A stretch of DNA of 64,000 nucleotides from a candidate division WOR-3 bacterium. Lineage in GTDB: Bacteria; Hydrothermota; Tepidihabitantia; B3-TA06. A program made the translations under genes and the position numbers. Below, piece after piece: positions 29,974 through 39,832 of the stretch. The notes under the pieces are model-generated. The model was not told the origin of the DNA. It saw nothing but the letters and a program-made list of their open reading frames with translations, and did not search any database. Numbering within the stretch: the stretch's first letter is position 1; each line of letters opens with the position of its first letter. The stretch lies in the NCBI GenBank assembly GCA_965649265.1, contig CBFGKC010000012.1, positions 35,861 through 99,860 of the forward strand, in the 5' to 3' direction.

Positions 29974-32900
29974 ATGCGCTTTCTTCGGTTCGCGGTTTTT
30001 GCGGCGATCTCTATTGCCGGGATACTGGTATTTGCATACTTTTTCCGCGTGCCCTTAAGGGACGATCTCGTAAAGCAGCTACTCGTCGAAGCGAGCAAAC
30101 AGGGGTTTCGCGTGGAATACGATGCGGTATGGGGAGATTTGTTCGGGGACGTCAATTTTAAAAATTTGAAGGTAATTCAGGATGAAGACCACCGCTTGTC
30201 AGCGGACATGGTGAATCTCTCATACGGGCTCATCCCTCTGCTTTTTGAGCAGCGATTCGAGATTCGTTCCGTAAAGCTTGTAAGACCGAGAGTAAGATGG
30301 CTTCTACCTGAAGTTCCTCCGGATTCCGCTCAGGTTTTCGATCCCGGGTTCAATCTGGATCTTTATAATCTGAGCATTCGCAGCGGAAGGGTCGAACTTG
30401 CTGATACCCTCATAGTAGAAAACATTCAGATAAGCACTAAATTGCAGGTCAGACCTCACAAGGTCGAAGGGCGACTCCGGAACGCAAATCTTGTTGTGCT
30501 GCTGAATGGCAAGGAAAGACTCCGGGTAAGGCAGGCCAAGTCAAATTTCTCATACAGTGCTCCAAAAGAGCTTTCCCTCAAAGGACTCCTGCTCAACACA
30601 GACAAATCAACCATAAAAGGGGACTTAGCTCTAGGAGATTCAACCTGGATGCTTAATCTCGCGGAAACACGGATTGATCTTTCAGAGATCTCGCCCGACC
30701 TGCTCTCAGGTAAAATGATTCTCAAAGGCAAGATCGCCGAGGGAAAGAAAGGGTATGGAGGCGATTTTCTACTCAAGATCGACGATGTTCAGACCGGGGA
30801 AATAAAACTCTCCGAAGCCACCCTCACCCTCAAGGGGAAAGAAGGAAATTTTGATTTCACAATGCAAGGTCAAGGCCCGTCGTTGGGCAAGCTTGAAACC
30901 GCTGGAAAGATCAATGCCAGTCGCGAAGCCTTAAGCGGAAATATTGACATCAAGAATCTCGAGCTTTACGATTCTTCGGGACTTGCTTTAAAATTATCGG
31001 GAAATCTTGCCGGTAACTACTCGATTGAGGGGAAAAATCTTGAGGGTGAATTCGCGATTGAAAGAGCAGAGATATACCCTGTGAGCGACACGAGAATCGA
31101 CTTCACCGGTAAATTGACCGGGAATTACTCTTTCGAGGAAAAGCAAGGCGGCGCGAAGGGTAACCTGGATGAGATACGTTTTCAGAATATGCCCTGGGGG
31201 AGGTCCGAGATGGAATTCACTTTCGGGAAAAGCTTCCTCAACATTAAAGATTTTGTGCTAATTCACGAACTCTCACAATTGAGGGCTTCGGGATATGTGT
31301 CCGAAGACACCATATCGGCCTCTTTCGACATACACAGCTTCCCCCTTGGAAGCCTAGGCAAATTGAATCCCTTGGGAACACCGGCAGATATTGACGCGAG
31401 CCTTTCTTTACAAGGCAGCTTGAAAAATCCTCTGCTCTCCGGCACGCTGCTTGCCCGTTCTGACGAATCATTCTTTAGCAGCCTGGAAGCCAGTTGCGAA
31501 TCTTTCGGTCCGTCAAATCTGTCCGGGAACGCAAGTGTAAACTTGAAGGGTCTGAAAGCGCCTTCGGGCAGGTCCTTTTCTCTGTCACTGGACTCCAGGG
31601 ATGGTTATTTGAAAGCATTTGCCGGAGACGGCAAAGACATGTCTCTTGTAACTTCAGGTTTGCTCAGGGTCGACTGGGGCAACGGGACTACTGAGTATGA
31701 GTGTGATAACCTTGTTTTCGTGGCAAATGAAGACAGCGTTTCCAACCGTTTTCCGTTCGTTATCGGCCAAGCCGGTGATTCCCTCTTTCTCGGACCCACG
31801 TTTCTATTCGTTGGTCAGGGTGAACTTGCCGCGGCCGGTTCATGGCGATTCAAGGAGATGCCTCGTCTTGAACTGTCGCTTTACGATGTAAACCTTGCGA
31901 CTTTCGGCGGACTGCTGGGGCTGCCCGAGGGTGCAACCGGGAATCTTTGGGGACAGGTTGCCAGCCGCGATGAAGAAGGTACGAGGAGTGTAATTATCGA
32001 TCTTGGCGCAAGCGACGTACACCTGGCCGGTCTAGATGCCGACAGCTTTAACTTTTCCGGAACACTTGATACCTCAAGGCTGGATTTCCAGATGTCCCTT
32101 AAACGGGGGGAAGCCATATCTACAGCAAGCGGGTACTCTTACTACAATCTGCGGGATTCGAGCCTCATAGGCGATTTTGACGTTCAAGCCAGCATTAATG
32201 ACATCGGAGTATGGCCTTTTGCGTTTCTGAAAGATATAATGCCTGTTCGCAGTGGAATCGTTACAGGCGAGCTCTCGGCCAAAGGCAGACTGCCGGCCCC
32301 GGACATAACCGGATGGTTGAAAGTACAGAACGCCGAGCTTTATCTGCCCGTCATGGATATAACGAGCCAGTCCGCCGACGCCGATATCTTTTTTAAAAAC
32401 GGAAAGGTAATCATCGATCGTCTTGATGCAACAATAATCAGGGAAAAAGAAAAAGGACTTCTTCAAGGCAGGGGTGACTATGCCCTATTTGCACCCGGAC
32501 ATCCGTTCTATCTCGGCATCATATGTCAGAACGTTCCTTTTTCACCCGACAGGCACGTATTTGCCGTGGGTTCGGGCAACCTGACCCTAAAGGGTACCGA
32601 TACCACACCTTTGTGGGTCAAGGGCAACATAGACATCAAAAAGGGAATCATCACGTATGGACTGGGAGACGAGATGCGATTTACCTCACCTTACACACCA
32701 CCAGTAAACCCAAACCTGCCCCCTCCCCCTCCCACTTATCTTGATTTAACGATAACGGGTAATAACAACATATGGTTATCAAACCGGGACATGCAGGTGG
32801 AGGTCATTCCGAATCTTGATATAAAGCTTCGAGACGACCAGTACAACCCGCAGATAACCGGCACCATCGGCGTCAAGCAGGGAACGTTCTTCTGGATGGG

Positions 32901-33477
32901 CAACAGCCTGAAATTCGATCCCACGAAAAGCATGATAATATTCCCACCCACCGCCGAACTTAACCCGGAACTCGATCTGTGGGCGAGCATGAAAACGGAT
33001 GTTATTGATTCAAGCGGCGGTTATCCGCAGGTAATAACAGTCTATATCCACTTGAGCGGCACCCTTTACCAACCCGTTCCGGAGTTCTATTCCGAACCGC
33101 CGGTATGGACGGATTCCGATATAATCACGTACCTGAATTCCCATCTCGTGCCGGGCGATCTTTCAGAGGCGAACTATGCTTCGGCGATATCGGAGATGCT
33201 TATAAATATGGGCGCCCAGCAGATATCACCCTTCTTGAGCGATTGGATAAGGCTGGATATTTTTCGGGTAGAGAACATAGGAACCAAGGAATCGAGCGTT
33301 ACTGTAGGAAAGTACTTCGGCGACCGCTGGTTTGCTTCATATACTTTCGCACTCTCGGATCCAACGGCCGCCCAGTTTAAGGTCGAATACGAGATTGGGA
33401 AGAATCAGGACATCGTCCTGGAACGCGACGAGAACGGCGCAAACAGCCTTCGCTGGCAGTTCAAGTACCGCTTTTGA
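29974..33477 (+). CDS. translocation/assembly module TamB-like protein
   Basis: N-terminal TM anchor, long beta-taenia-like body and DUF490-like C-terminus (NPELD..A, VGKY, Y.F). Confidence 0.75.
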   Translation: MRFLRFAVFAAISIAGILVFAYFFRVPLRDDLVKQLLVEASKQGFRVEYDAVWGDLFGDVNFKNLKVIQDEDHRLSADMVNLSYGLIPLLFEQRFEIRSVKLVRPRVRWLLPEVPPDSAQVFDPGFNLDLYNLSIRSGRVELADTLIVENIQISTKLQVRPHKVEGRLRNANLVVLLNGKERLRVRQAKSNFSYSAPKELSLKGLLLNTDKSTIKGDLALGDSTWMLNLAETRIDLSEISPDLLSGKMILKGKIAEGKKGYGGDFLLKIDDVQTGEIKLSEATLTLKGKEGNFDFTMQGQGPSLGKLETAGKINASREALSGNIDIKNLELYDSSGLALKLSGNLAGNYSIEGKNLEGEFAIERAEIYPVSDTRIDFTGKLTGNYSFEEKQGGAKGNLDEIRFQNMPWGRSEMEFTFGKSFLNIKDFVLIHELSQLRASGYVSEDTISASFDIHSFPLGSLGKLNPLGTPADIDASLSLQGSLKNPLLSGTLLARSDESFFSSLEASCESFGPSNLSGNASVNLKGLKAPSGRSFSLSLDSRDGYLKAFAGDGKDMSLVTSGLLRVDWGNGTTEYECDNLVFVANEDSVSNRFPFVIGQAGDSLFLGPTFLFVGQGELAAAGSWRFKEMPRLELSLYDVNLATFGGLLGLPEGATGNLWGQVASRDEEGTRSVIIDLGASDVHLAGLDADSFNFSGTLDTSRLDFQMSLKRGEAISTASGYSYYNLRDSSLIGDFDVQASINDIGVWPFAFLKDIMPVRSGIVTGELSAKGRLPAPDITGWLKVQNAELYLPVMDITSQSADADIFFKNGKVIIDRLDATIIREKEKGLLQGRGDYALFAPGHPFYLGIICQNVPFSPDRHVFAVGSGNLTLKGTDTTPLWVKGNIDIKKGIITYGLGDEMRFTSPYTPPVNPNLPPPPPTYLDLTITGNNNIWLSNRDMQVEVIPNLDIKLRDDQYNPQITGTIGVKQGTFFWMGNSLKFDPTKSMIIFPPTAELNPELDLWASMKTDVIDSSGGYPQVITVYIHLSGTLYQPVPEFYSEPPVWTDSDIITYLNSHLVPGDLSEANYASAISEMLINMGAQQISPFLSDWIRLDIFRVENIGTKESSVTVGKYFGDRWFASYTFALSDPTAAQFKVEYEIGKNQDIVLERDENGANSLRWQFKYRF

Positions 33478-35312
33478 TGATAATACAAGCTGTACCCTTA
33501 TGGCGCCCCCTTGATCCACTTCACTATACTAGTTCCGATCCCCTCGAGAGGGGCGACCTGGTGCGTGTTCCGCTTGGTAAAGAAATTGTTCCGGCCTGCG
33601 TTGTCTCTACGGATAACGAAGACCCTCAGGTGGAGGATGGCTTAAAGAGCATCTCGAGCATTGCCGCAAAGGCTATTTTCCCTGAACCGCTTCTCCAGCT
33701 CGCCGCTGAATTATCCGGGGAATATATGGGATTCATCGGCGAGATGCTCGGTTTGATACTGCCGAAGGAGATACTTCTTCCGCCTAAAAGACCTTTTAAA
33801 TCCCTCTCACCCCCGGAACCGATGAAACCTGCAATCCGCTCAGACGAGCGGAAAATCCTGGAAGAGATTGCACGTTCCTCAAAACCGGTTCTCTTGCAGT
33901 CACCGGCAGATTATACGGCCCTTGTCGTCGCACTTACCGGGAATGTGCTCGAAAGAGGAAAACAAGTAATCATGCTTTTACCGGATGAGCCTTCTCTTGC
34001 GAAATTTTGCGCAAGGTTTTCAAAACTTCTACCCGTGGTTCAATACCATTCGAAGCTTGTTCAGGCAGAACGCCGCAGGGTGTGGCATGCAGTAAACCAG
34101 GGTTCGGTGAGAGTTGTCGCCGGCCTTCGTTCCGCCGTTCTCCTTCCGGCAAGAAACCTCGGCACCATACTTGTTTTTGACGCCGATTCCTCATCATATA
34201 AAGAACGCACCCACCATCTGCGTTACGATGCCGTGGATATAGCCCTTAAACGCGCCTCGGCCGGAAATGCTCCGGCAGTGCTCTTCTCTCCGGCCCCGAC
34301 CATCGAATTTTCGCATAAATCGCGAGCGGGCAAATTTTTGCGAATAGAACGGCGACTAAAGCAGGAAGGTAAGGCACTCATAGTCGACATGAAACGAGAA
34401 GGGGAAGGTGAGGTTCTATCTTCTACACTTAAAGAGCTTATAATAAAAACCTTCGAAGCACGCAAGCAATCTTTGCTTGTCCTGAACCGCCTGGGCACGG
34501 CAGCAAGACTCATCTGCTTTGACTGCGGTCATGTCATTTCCTGTCCAACCTGCTCGCTGCCTTTAAGATTCGTTAAACCGGGTTTGGACCTGGAATGCGC
34601 CCTTTGCCGGAAGAGATTCCCCGCGCCCGACCGCTGCCCGCAGTGTGCGGGTTCGAGATGGCGCTCTCTATCTCCCGGAATTACAAGCCTTAAGAACGCG
34701 TTAGGAAGTCTGTTTTCCAGAGCAAGGTTGCTTGAGATCACTGCTGAGAGAAGGCCTACGCTCGAAGATATCGAAAATTTTGATGTCATATACGGAACCA
34801 GCGCTGTGCTCGAGTACCAGCCCCCGCGGATTCGAACTGCGGCTCTTCTCTCGTGGGATGCGGAACGATCGAGGTCAGATTTCAGGGCAACGGAGCACGC
34901 TTTTCGTGATGTTACGTATCTACGCAGGTTGCTTTCCTCGAGCCCCGATTCCAGGCTTGTCATTCAGACCTTCAGGACGCGAGATTTTGCCCTGAACTGG
35001 GCTCTCAGGGGCGACTACGAGTCATTCTTCCAGTCCGAGATCCGTAAGCGCCGCGAGCTGGGTTACCCTCCATATCGCCGTCTCGTGCTTTTCGAGCGCA
35101 CAACCTCTAAAAATGCGTGGGATGCGGATAAGCTTTCCGCGGCCCTTGCGCGCGACGGCGTCGAGATTCTTGGCCCTTACGCGGGAAGAAACGGGAGGGA
35201 AACCCTATTAGTCAAGCTAAGGCGAGACTTATCACCCGCAGACCTCATGGACGCCCGCACGCTGCTCAAATCGGGCTGGCAGGCCGAGGTAGATCCGGTG
35301 GAGATAATGTAA
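33477..35312 (+). CDS. priA: primosomal protein N' (PriA) with degenerate helicase motifs
   Basis: 3'BD-like V.VPLG, YHS, G.RSA, four CxxC zinc pairs, IQT, R..LGYPPY; Walker A and DEEH are missing. Confidence 0.85.
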   Translation: MIIQAVPLWRPLDPLHYTSSDPLERGDLVRVPLGKEIVPACVVSTDNEDPQVEDGLKSISSIAAKAIFPEPLLQLAAELSGEYMGFIGEMLGLILPKEILLPPKRPFKSLSPPEPMKPAIRSDERKILEEIARSSKPVLLQSPADYTALVVALTGNVLERGKQVIMLLPDEPSLAKFCARFSKLLPVVQYHSKLVQAERRRVWHAVNQGSVRVVAGLRSAVLLPARNLGTILVFDADSSSYKERTHHLRYDAVDIALKRASAGNAPAVLFSPAPTIEFSHKSRAGKFLRIERRLKQEGKALIVDMKREGEGEVLSSTLKELIIKTFEARKQSLLVLNRLGTAARLICFDCGHVISCPTCSLPLRFVKPGLDLECALCRKRFPAPDRCPQCAGSRWRSLSPGITSLKNALGSLFSRARLLEITAERRPTLEDIENFDVIYGTSAVLEYQPPRIRTAALLSWDAERSRSDFRATEHAFRDVTYLRRLLSSSPDSRLVIQTFRTRDFALNWALRGDYESFFQSEIRKRRELGYPPYRRLVLFERTTSKNAWDADKLSAALARDGVEILGPYAGRNGRETLLVKLRRDLSPADLMDARTLLKSGWQAEVDPVEIM

Positions 35313-35318
35313 AAAAAT

Positions 35319-35356
35319 CGCCACAAAAATTACCGGGTAATTTTTGTGGGGGCCCC
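35319..35356 (-). repeat. GGGGYCCCC-stem hairpin element
   Basis: Reverse complement GGGGCCCCC ACAAAAATTAC CCG GTAATTTTTGT GGCG, just after the priA stop. Confidence 0.65.
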
Positions 35357-35506
35357 GATAACTGACAAGTCTCTTTTTTCGGAAACCCTCGACACCCTTT
35401 CAGCCCATTTCATAAGGGTTTATTAATGGGAGGGGGGCTTGACAACATATGTTTCTTTGATATACTCAACCGTATATACGCAAACTTTTAACCTCAAGGA
35501 GGAAGG

Positions 35507-36043
35507 ATGCATGTGTTTTTAAGTCTGATGATTTCGATGAATTCTTTCAATTTAATCCCATTTTTTCGTCTTTCTGAGATGTACGATATTTCATACCCTG
35601 TGGCGTTAGTCAGGATTGATAGCGTCTGGCAGGATACCGAGAAGGTCAACTTCCAAACCCAAAAGGGCAAATGGTCGTGGTACAAGATCCAGAGGTTTCA
35701 CGGGTTAGCTACGATTCTGGCGCTTTACGTGAAAGATGACAGCGTACCGATTCCGAAAAGCCCAATTCGCCTTGCTTATTACGGTTCTTCAAAGGTCTAC
35801 GAAAATAGAGAGTGTGAAGAGATTTGCGATGGGCATTTCCCTCTTATTGAAGACCAGGTTTTTCTTGCGCCTATCTGCGAAAATGAAGAGTTTAAAAAGG
35901 AAAAAGAGAAAATCTTCGTCCCAGTCTGCACCTGGTATTACCAAGTTTACCACGATAGCATCCATCTTTTCCCAGAGGGCATAACGTTGCCGCTTTCCGG
36001 GATGCTCGACACTCTTTCAGCGCTTTTCAAAAGAGTATATTAG
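35507..36043 (+). CDS. hypothetical protein
   Basis: Promoter TTGACA..TATACT and RBS AAGGAGG upstream; 178-aa ORF. Confidence 0.6.
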   Translation: MHVFLSLMISMNSFNLIPFFRLSEMYDISYPVALVRIDSVWQDTEKVNFQTQKGKWSWYKIQRFHGLATILALYVKDDSVPIPKSPIRLAYYGSSKVYENRECEEICDGHFPLIEDQVFLAPICENEEFKKEKEKIFVPVCTWYYQVYHDSIHLFPEGITLPLSGMLDTLSALFKRVY

Positions 36044-36098
36044 GATCTCCCGAACCCGCTGACAAGTCAGGGCTTACAACGTGAGATGATATAAGTAT

Positions 36099-36129
36099 CC
36101 CCTGAAAAGTCACAAGTGACTTTTCAGGG
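36099..36129. repeat. hairpin between convergent genes (REP-like or terminator)
   Basis: CCCTGAAAAGTCAC-AA-GTGACTTTTCAGGG. Confidence 0.6.
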
Positions 36130-36137
36130 TAATAAAT

Positions 36138-37847
36138 TCATCTTGTTATTACGACCTTCTCGGTTTTCGAAGAGCCGACCAGGGGTCGTATGAAGTAAAC
36201 GCCGGAGGGCATTGAACCTCCCCAGGTCAGGGTACCGGACAGAGCAGGTGAAACAAGTCTTTCGACCCTCCTGCCTGCGGCGTCAAAAACATCGGCCTTG
36301 AAACCTTCGGGATAGTTGGAATACCGCAGCGTTATCGAGGGTCCGGCAGTACCCAGTAACATCCAAACCGGTGCGGGGGTGTTTTGCTCTTCCACATCCT
36401 CTGTCGGCGAGCCGGTAAATCTCACCGTGACCTCGTTGCACGACCACCAGGGTTCATCCTCGCAAGTTGTGTAGAATCGAGCAGCGTAGGAGACACCGTT
36501 GTCCGAAACCCACTCAGGAAACTTTACAAAAACGGAGTCACCCAGCTCCAGAGGATAGCTTATCCAGTAAGAGGCATGATAGGGCGGAGACTGGTATGCG
36601 TCCGATGATATTTCACAGTGACAGTAAAAGTTATCTGCGATCATGGTTCCAGTGTTTCGAAACCATGCCTCAGGCTCGATTTTGTGGATGGTATCGCCTT
36701 CTTCGGGGGCCGTGACCGCGGCTGGTGACGCCTGGAACCACACCGTGTCTCCCTCGTTATTGGTCTTAAGGAGCCACATGTCGCCTTCACTGGCAGGAAT
36801 GTAATCCCTGCAACCACAGATAACGTAACCGTCGTCAGAAGCAAGGCATAAGGAGTGTCCCCTGCCCGAGTGCTGCCCGGAATACTCCCTGCTCCAGATG
36901 GTATCTCCGTAGGCGTCGGTCTTGATAAGCCATAAGCTGCCGGCTTCATAGTTCTTCGTGCCAGTTACTATATAACCGCCGTCAGAGGTCTGGGTTACGT
37001 CATACCCGATATCCGTATTGTTTGATCCGTATTTCCTTGTCCACATGGTGTCGCCTGAAGAGTCCGTTTTCACAAGATACAGATCAAGCCCTCCGGTAGA
37101 GCAATCCCCTGCGATTATGTAACCGCCGTCTGAAGTCGGCTGCACTGAGTGACCGCCTTCCATTGAGTTTGCGTACATCCGGGTCCAGAGGGTATCACCG
37201 AGAGGATCTGTTCTCAAAAGCCATATCTTCCCGTCTGCCAATCCGCTGACGACGAAACCTGAATCCGGTTTCTGAAGTAGAGACCACCCTTTGGAATAGT
37301 AATAAGGGGGGGAGGAGGGGGATTTGTACGTCTTTGTCCAGATGGTATCACCCTGCGGGTTTGTCCTTACGAGCCACAAGAAACCGCGAGCGGAGTTGAT
37401 GTCGGTTTCCCTGGTTCCAACGACTATGTACCCGTCGTCAAGAGTCTGGCGTACGCACCATGCGTAATCCGTTGTGTCGGAACCGTGGTACTCCTTCGCC
37501 CAGAGGCTGTCGCCCTTCCCGTCGGTTTTCAGAAGCCAGAATTCGCTGTCTTTGTTGCCTGCAACAATGTATCCGCCATCCGATGTCTGCACCACGTACC
37601 TGCCGTTCCCCTTGTATCTTTTTACCCAGAGGCTGTCGCCCCAGCGGTCGGTCTTTACCAGCATGCATTCCACGCCGTTGTTGCTGGACTGTCCGCTCAT
37701 TATGTATCCGCCGTCCGAGGTCGGACGCACGCACCATCCGACATCGGTCCTGTCATCGTAACCGTATGTCCGGGTCCAGGAATAGAGCCCGGTTGCGCTC
37801 AGTATGAACGCAGCTATGACCGCTGATAGCGTTCCTGTTTTTTTCAT
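36138..37847 (-). CDS. secreted repeat (beta-propeller) protein with T9SS-type-A-like C-terminal domain
   Basis: About 7 repeats of QTSDGGYIV.G...WL.KTD..GDT.W...Y; signal peptide; C-terminal ...VFDAAGRRV...SGVYFI...KVVITR. Confidence 0.8.
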   Translation of the reverse strand: MKKTGTLSAVIAAFILSATGLYSWTRTYGYDDRTDVGWCVRPTSDGGYIMSGQSSNNGVECMLVKTDRWGDSLWVKRYKGNGRYVVQTSDGGYIVAGNKDSEFWLLKTDGKGDSLWAKEYHGSDTTDYAWCVRQTLDDGYIVVGTRETDINSARGFLWLVRTNPQGDTIWTKTYKSPSSPPYYYSKGWSLLQKPDSGFVVSGLADGKIWLLRTDPLGDTLWTRMYANSMEGGHSVQPTSDGGYIIAGDCSTGGLDLYLVKTDSSGDTMWTRKYGSNNTDIGYDVTQTSDGGYIVTGTKNYEAGSLWLIKTDAYGDTIWSREYSGQHSGRGHSLCLASDDGYVICGCRDYIPASEGDMWLLKTNNEGDTVWFQASPAAVTAPEEGDTIHKIEPEAWFRNTGTMIADNFYCHCEISSDAYQSPPYHASYWISYPLELGDSVFVKFPEWVSDNGVSYAARFYTTCEDEPWWSCNEVTVRFTGSPTEDVEEQNTPAPVWMLLGTAGPSITLRYSNYPEGFKADVFDAAGRRVERLVSPALSGTLTWGGSMPSGVYFIRPLVGSSKTEKVVITR

Positions 37848-37987
37848 GGATTCTTTCCTCCTTTCCCGGGTTTCCCCGGGGTCCTTCTGACCACATTAAC
37901 TATATTCAATTAAGTATAGATGTCAAGCTCTTCTCCCTACGGAGGATTCTCACAAGCGGCTTCGATCACGGGGGGGCACAAAAGAAC

Positions 37988-38008
37988 GGGGCCGGTCAGG
38001 CCGGCCCC
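37988..38008 (-). terminator. putative intrinsic terminator
   Basis: GGGGCCGG/CCGGCCCC stem followed by TTCTTTT on the minus strand. Confidence 0.55.
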
Positions 38009-38033
38009 ATCAAAATATCAAGGATTCGAGTCG

Positions 38034-38789
38034 TCAGTTCACGGCGTCGCCGTCTTCGGAATCATCTTCCCAGTTCTGGTCGATTATCTTTTCGGTGCCG
38101 ACTTTTTCGTAGCCTATCACGAAGCTTAAGCCGATGACCGGCGTGGCAGGGAAGAAACCGTCAACGAGCGCGTCGCGGTAGTCTGCGGATTCTGAATGCC
38201 ACTCGGCGTCACCCTCCAGGGGAACAACGTAGCGCGCCTTGGCCTCGAGTCCGACGATTATTCTATTGGCGAACTTCCACAGGTAAGCGAACGATGCCCC
38301 ACCCGAGACGGAGAAGTTGTCGTAATTGTAAGTGACTGACAAGGAACCGGTTGATACGCTGTCCCCGAATCCGCCCGACGATTTCGCCACGTTCATCCTG
38401 ATGTCGTAATCGCCGATGCCAAAAAAGGGTGTTACTCTCATGTGGTCGCCGATGTCGAATATATATCCGAAATTAGTGGAGTTAACGGTATGATAGAAGG
38501 AAGTTTTCCACAAATCGCCGCGCGACGTCTGCCATGCCATGGCGTCGCCGAATGTGAGCGCAAAGTTCCCGAGTCTCAATGTAATCGGGGTGGAGAGCCC
38601 CATCTGAAAGTTTGCAACGCCCGGAACATCGTAACCTGTGAAAACGGAGCTGGTATCTGCAAGGGCTTCGTAAACGGGAGTCATGTTCGTCATGCTCATG
38701 TTGAAGCCCGGGCCGCCGTAAATGCCCCAGTCGAACGCGAAGCCGGAGGCCGATACGAGCAACAGTACTATGAGGGTCTTCTTAAGCAT
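38034..38789 (-). CDS. outer-membrane beta-barrel-like protein with acidic tail
   Basis: Signal peptide, alternating beta-strand pattern, tail DQNWEDDSEDGDAVN; paralog of 38792-39547. Confidence 0.55.
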   Translation of the reverse strand: MLKKTLIVLLLVSASGFAFDWGIYGGPGFNMSMTNMTPVYEALADTSSVFTGYDVPGVANFQMGLSTPITLRLGNFALTFGDAMAWQTSRGDLWKTSFYHTVNSTNFGYIFDIGDHMRVTPFFGIGDYDIRMNVAKSSGGFGDSVSTGSLSVTYNYDNFSVSGGASFAYLWKFANRIIVGLEAKARYVVPLEGDAEWHSESADYRDALVDGFFPATPVIGLSFVIGYEKVGTEKIIDQNWEDDSEDGDAVN

Positions 38790-38791
38790 GA

Positions 38792-39547
38792 TCAGTAGTC
38801 CTCCCAGTCGTCGTCAATGCCGTCGCCCGAGTCCTCGAATATCTTGCTTGAGCCCCCGAACAAGGCGGACAGCTCAAGAAACGGACCCTGCAGTGAGGTT
38901 GCAGGTTCGTAGAAGTATTCGCCGTTCTGGTCGAACCAGCCCGAGTCCCACACGGTGTAAAGGTATCCGGCTTTAAGGCTCAGGCCGCCGAACGAGTAAC
39001 CGGCCTGATCCATGGGTAAAAGCAGGGCTATCTCAGCCGCCGCGCCGACGTTGATGAAGCCTTTACCGAGGCTGTAGCTGTTGTCGTCCCAGAAACTCGT
39101 GGCGGTATCCCCGGGTTCGCCGAAGCCGCCGCCGCGGTAGCGACTGATGTTGAGGCCCATGCCGCCGCCGCCGATCTCGAGAAGAGGCCTTATCCTGAGA
39201 ACCTTAAAGAAGTTGAAGCTGTAGCCGAACTCCCCGTAACCCATGCCGTAGCCCATCATGACCTTCGAGCTGTCGCCGTGCGCGTCCTGGAAGAAGCCCG
39301 CGCCCCAGCCGCCCACCGAGAAGCCCTCGAGCGTGCCGGCGCCTTCGCCGCCGATAAAGAATACGGGCGACTTGAGCTCGGGGCCTTGCGAACCGCTGTA
39401 ATAATTGGTGTTGTATTTGTCGAGCTCGGCATTCAGATCGTCAAAGTTTATGAGCATGGCCGCGGCCGACGGCCCGCCGAACCCGCCTATCTCGAAGGCG
39501 AACCCTGCCGAGATCAATAGTAACGCCAACATTAACACTTTCTTCAT
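38792..39547 (-). CDS. outer-membrane beta-barrel-like protein with acidic tail
   Basis: MKKVLML signal after AAGGAGG, Gly/aromatic strands, tail EDSGDGIDDDWEDY. Confidence 0.55.
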   Translation of the reverse strand: MKKVLMLALLLISAGFAFEIGGFGGPSAAAMLINFDDLNAELDKYNTNYYSGSQGPELKSPVFFIGGEGAGTLEGFSVGGWGAGFFQDAHGDSSKVMMGYGMGYGEFGYSFNFFKVLRIRPLLEIGGGGMGLNISRYRGGGFGEPGDTATSFWDDNSYSLGKGFINVGAAAEIALLLPMDQAGYSFGGLSLKAGYLYTVWDSGWFDQNGEYFYEPATSLQGPFLELSALFGGSSKIFEDSGDGIDDDWEDY

Positions 39548-39735
39548 AATGTTTTCCTCCTTAAATAAGATTCGCAATTACGAACCTTTGCTGTTACGCC
39601 TGCTCCTAAAAGGAACTGTAAATTAGACGTATTCTAAATAATTAAGTTGCGTTGTCAACTGTCTTGCCCTAAAAGAAGCGGGGCAAAAAAACCGTTCAGA
39701 AGTTTCCCTCAACTCAATAAGCATGCTTTTGGTGA

Positions 39736-39786
39736 CCCTCTCCCCTCGGGAGGAGGGTTACGCTCTTGGAGAGCGTCGGGTGAGGG
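39736..39786 (-). repeat. CCCTCACCC/CCCTCTCCC REP-like element
   Basis: CCCTCTCCCCTCGGGAGGAGGG + ACGCTCTTGGAGAGCGT hairpin + GGGTGAGGG. Confidence 0.6.
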
Positions 39787-39832
39787 AGTCCTTTCGCGCT
39801 TGACAAAAATTTTGTTTTAGGTAGGGTATTGC

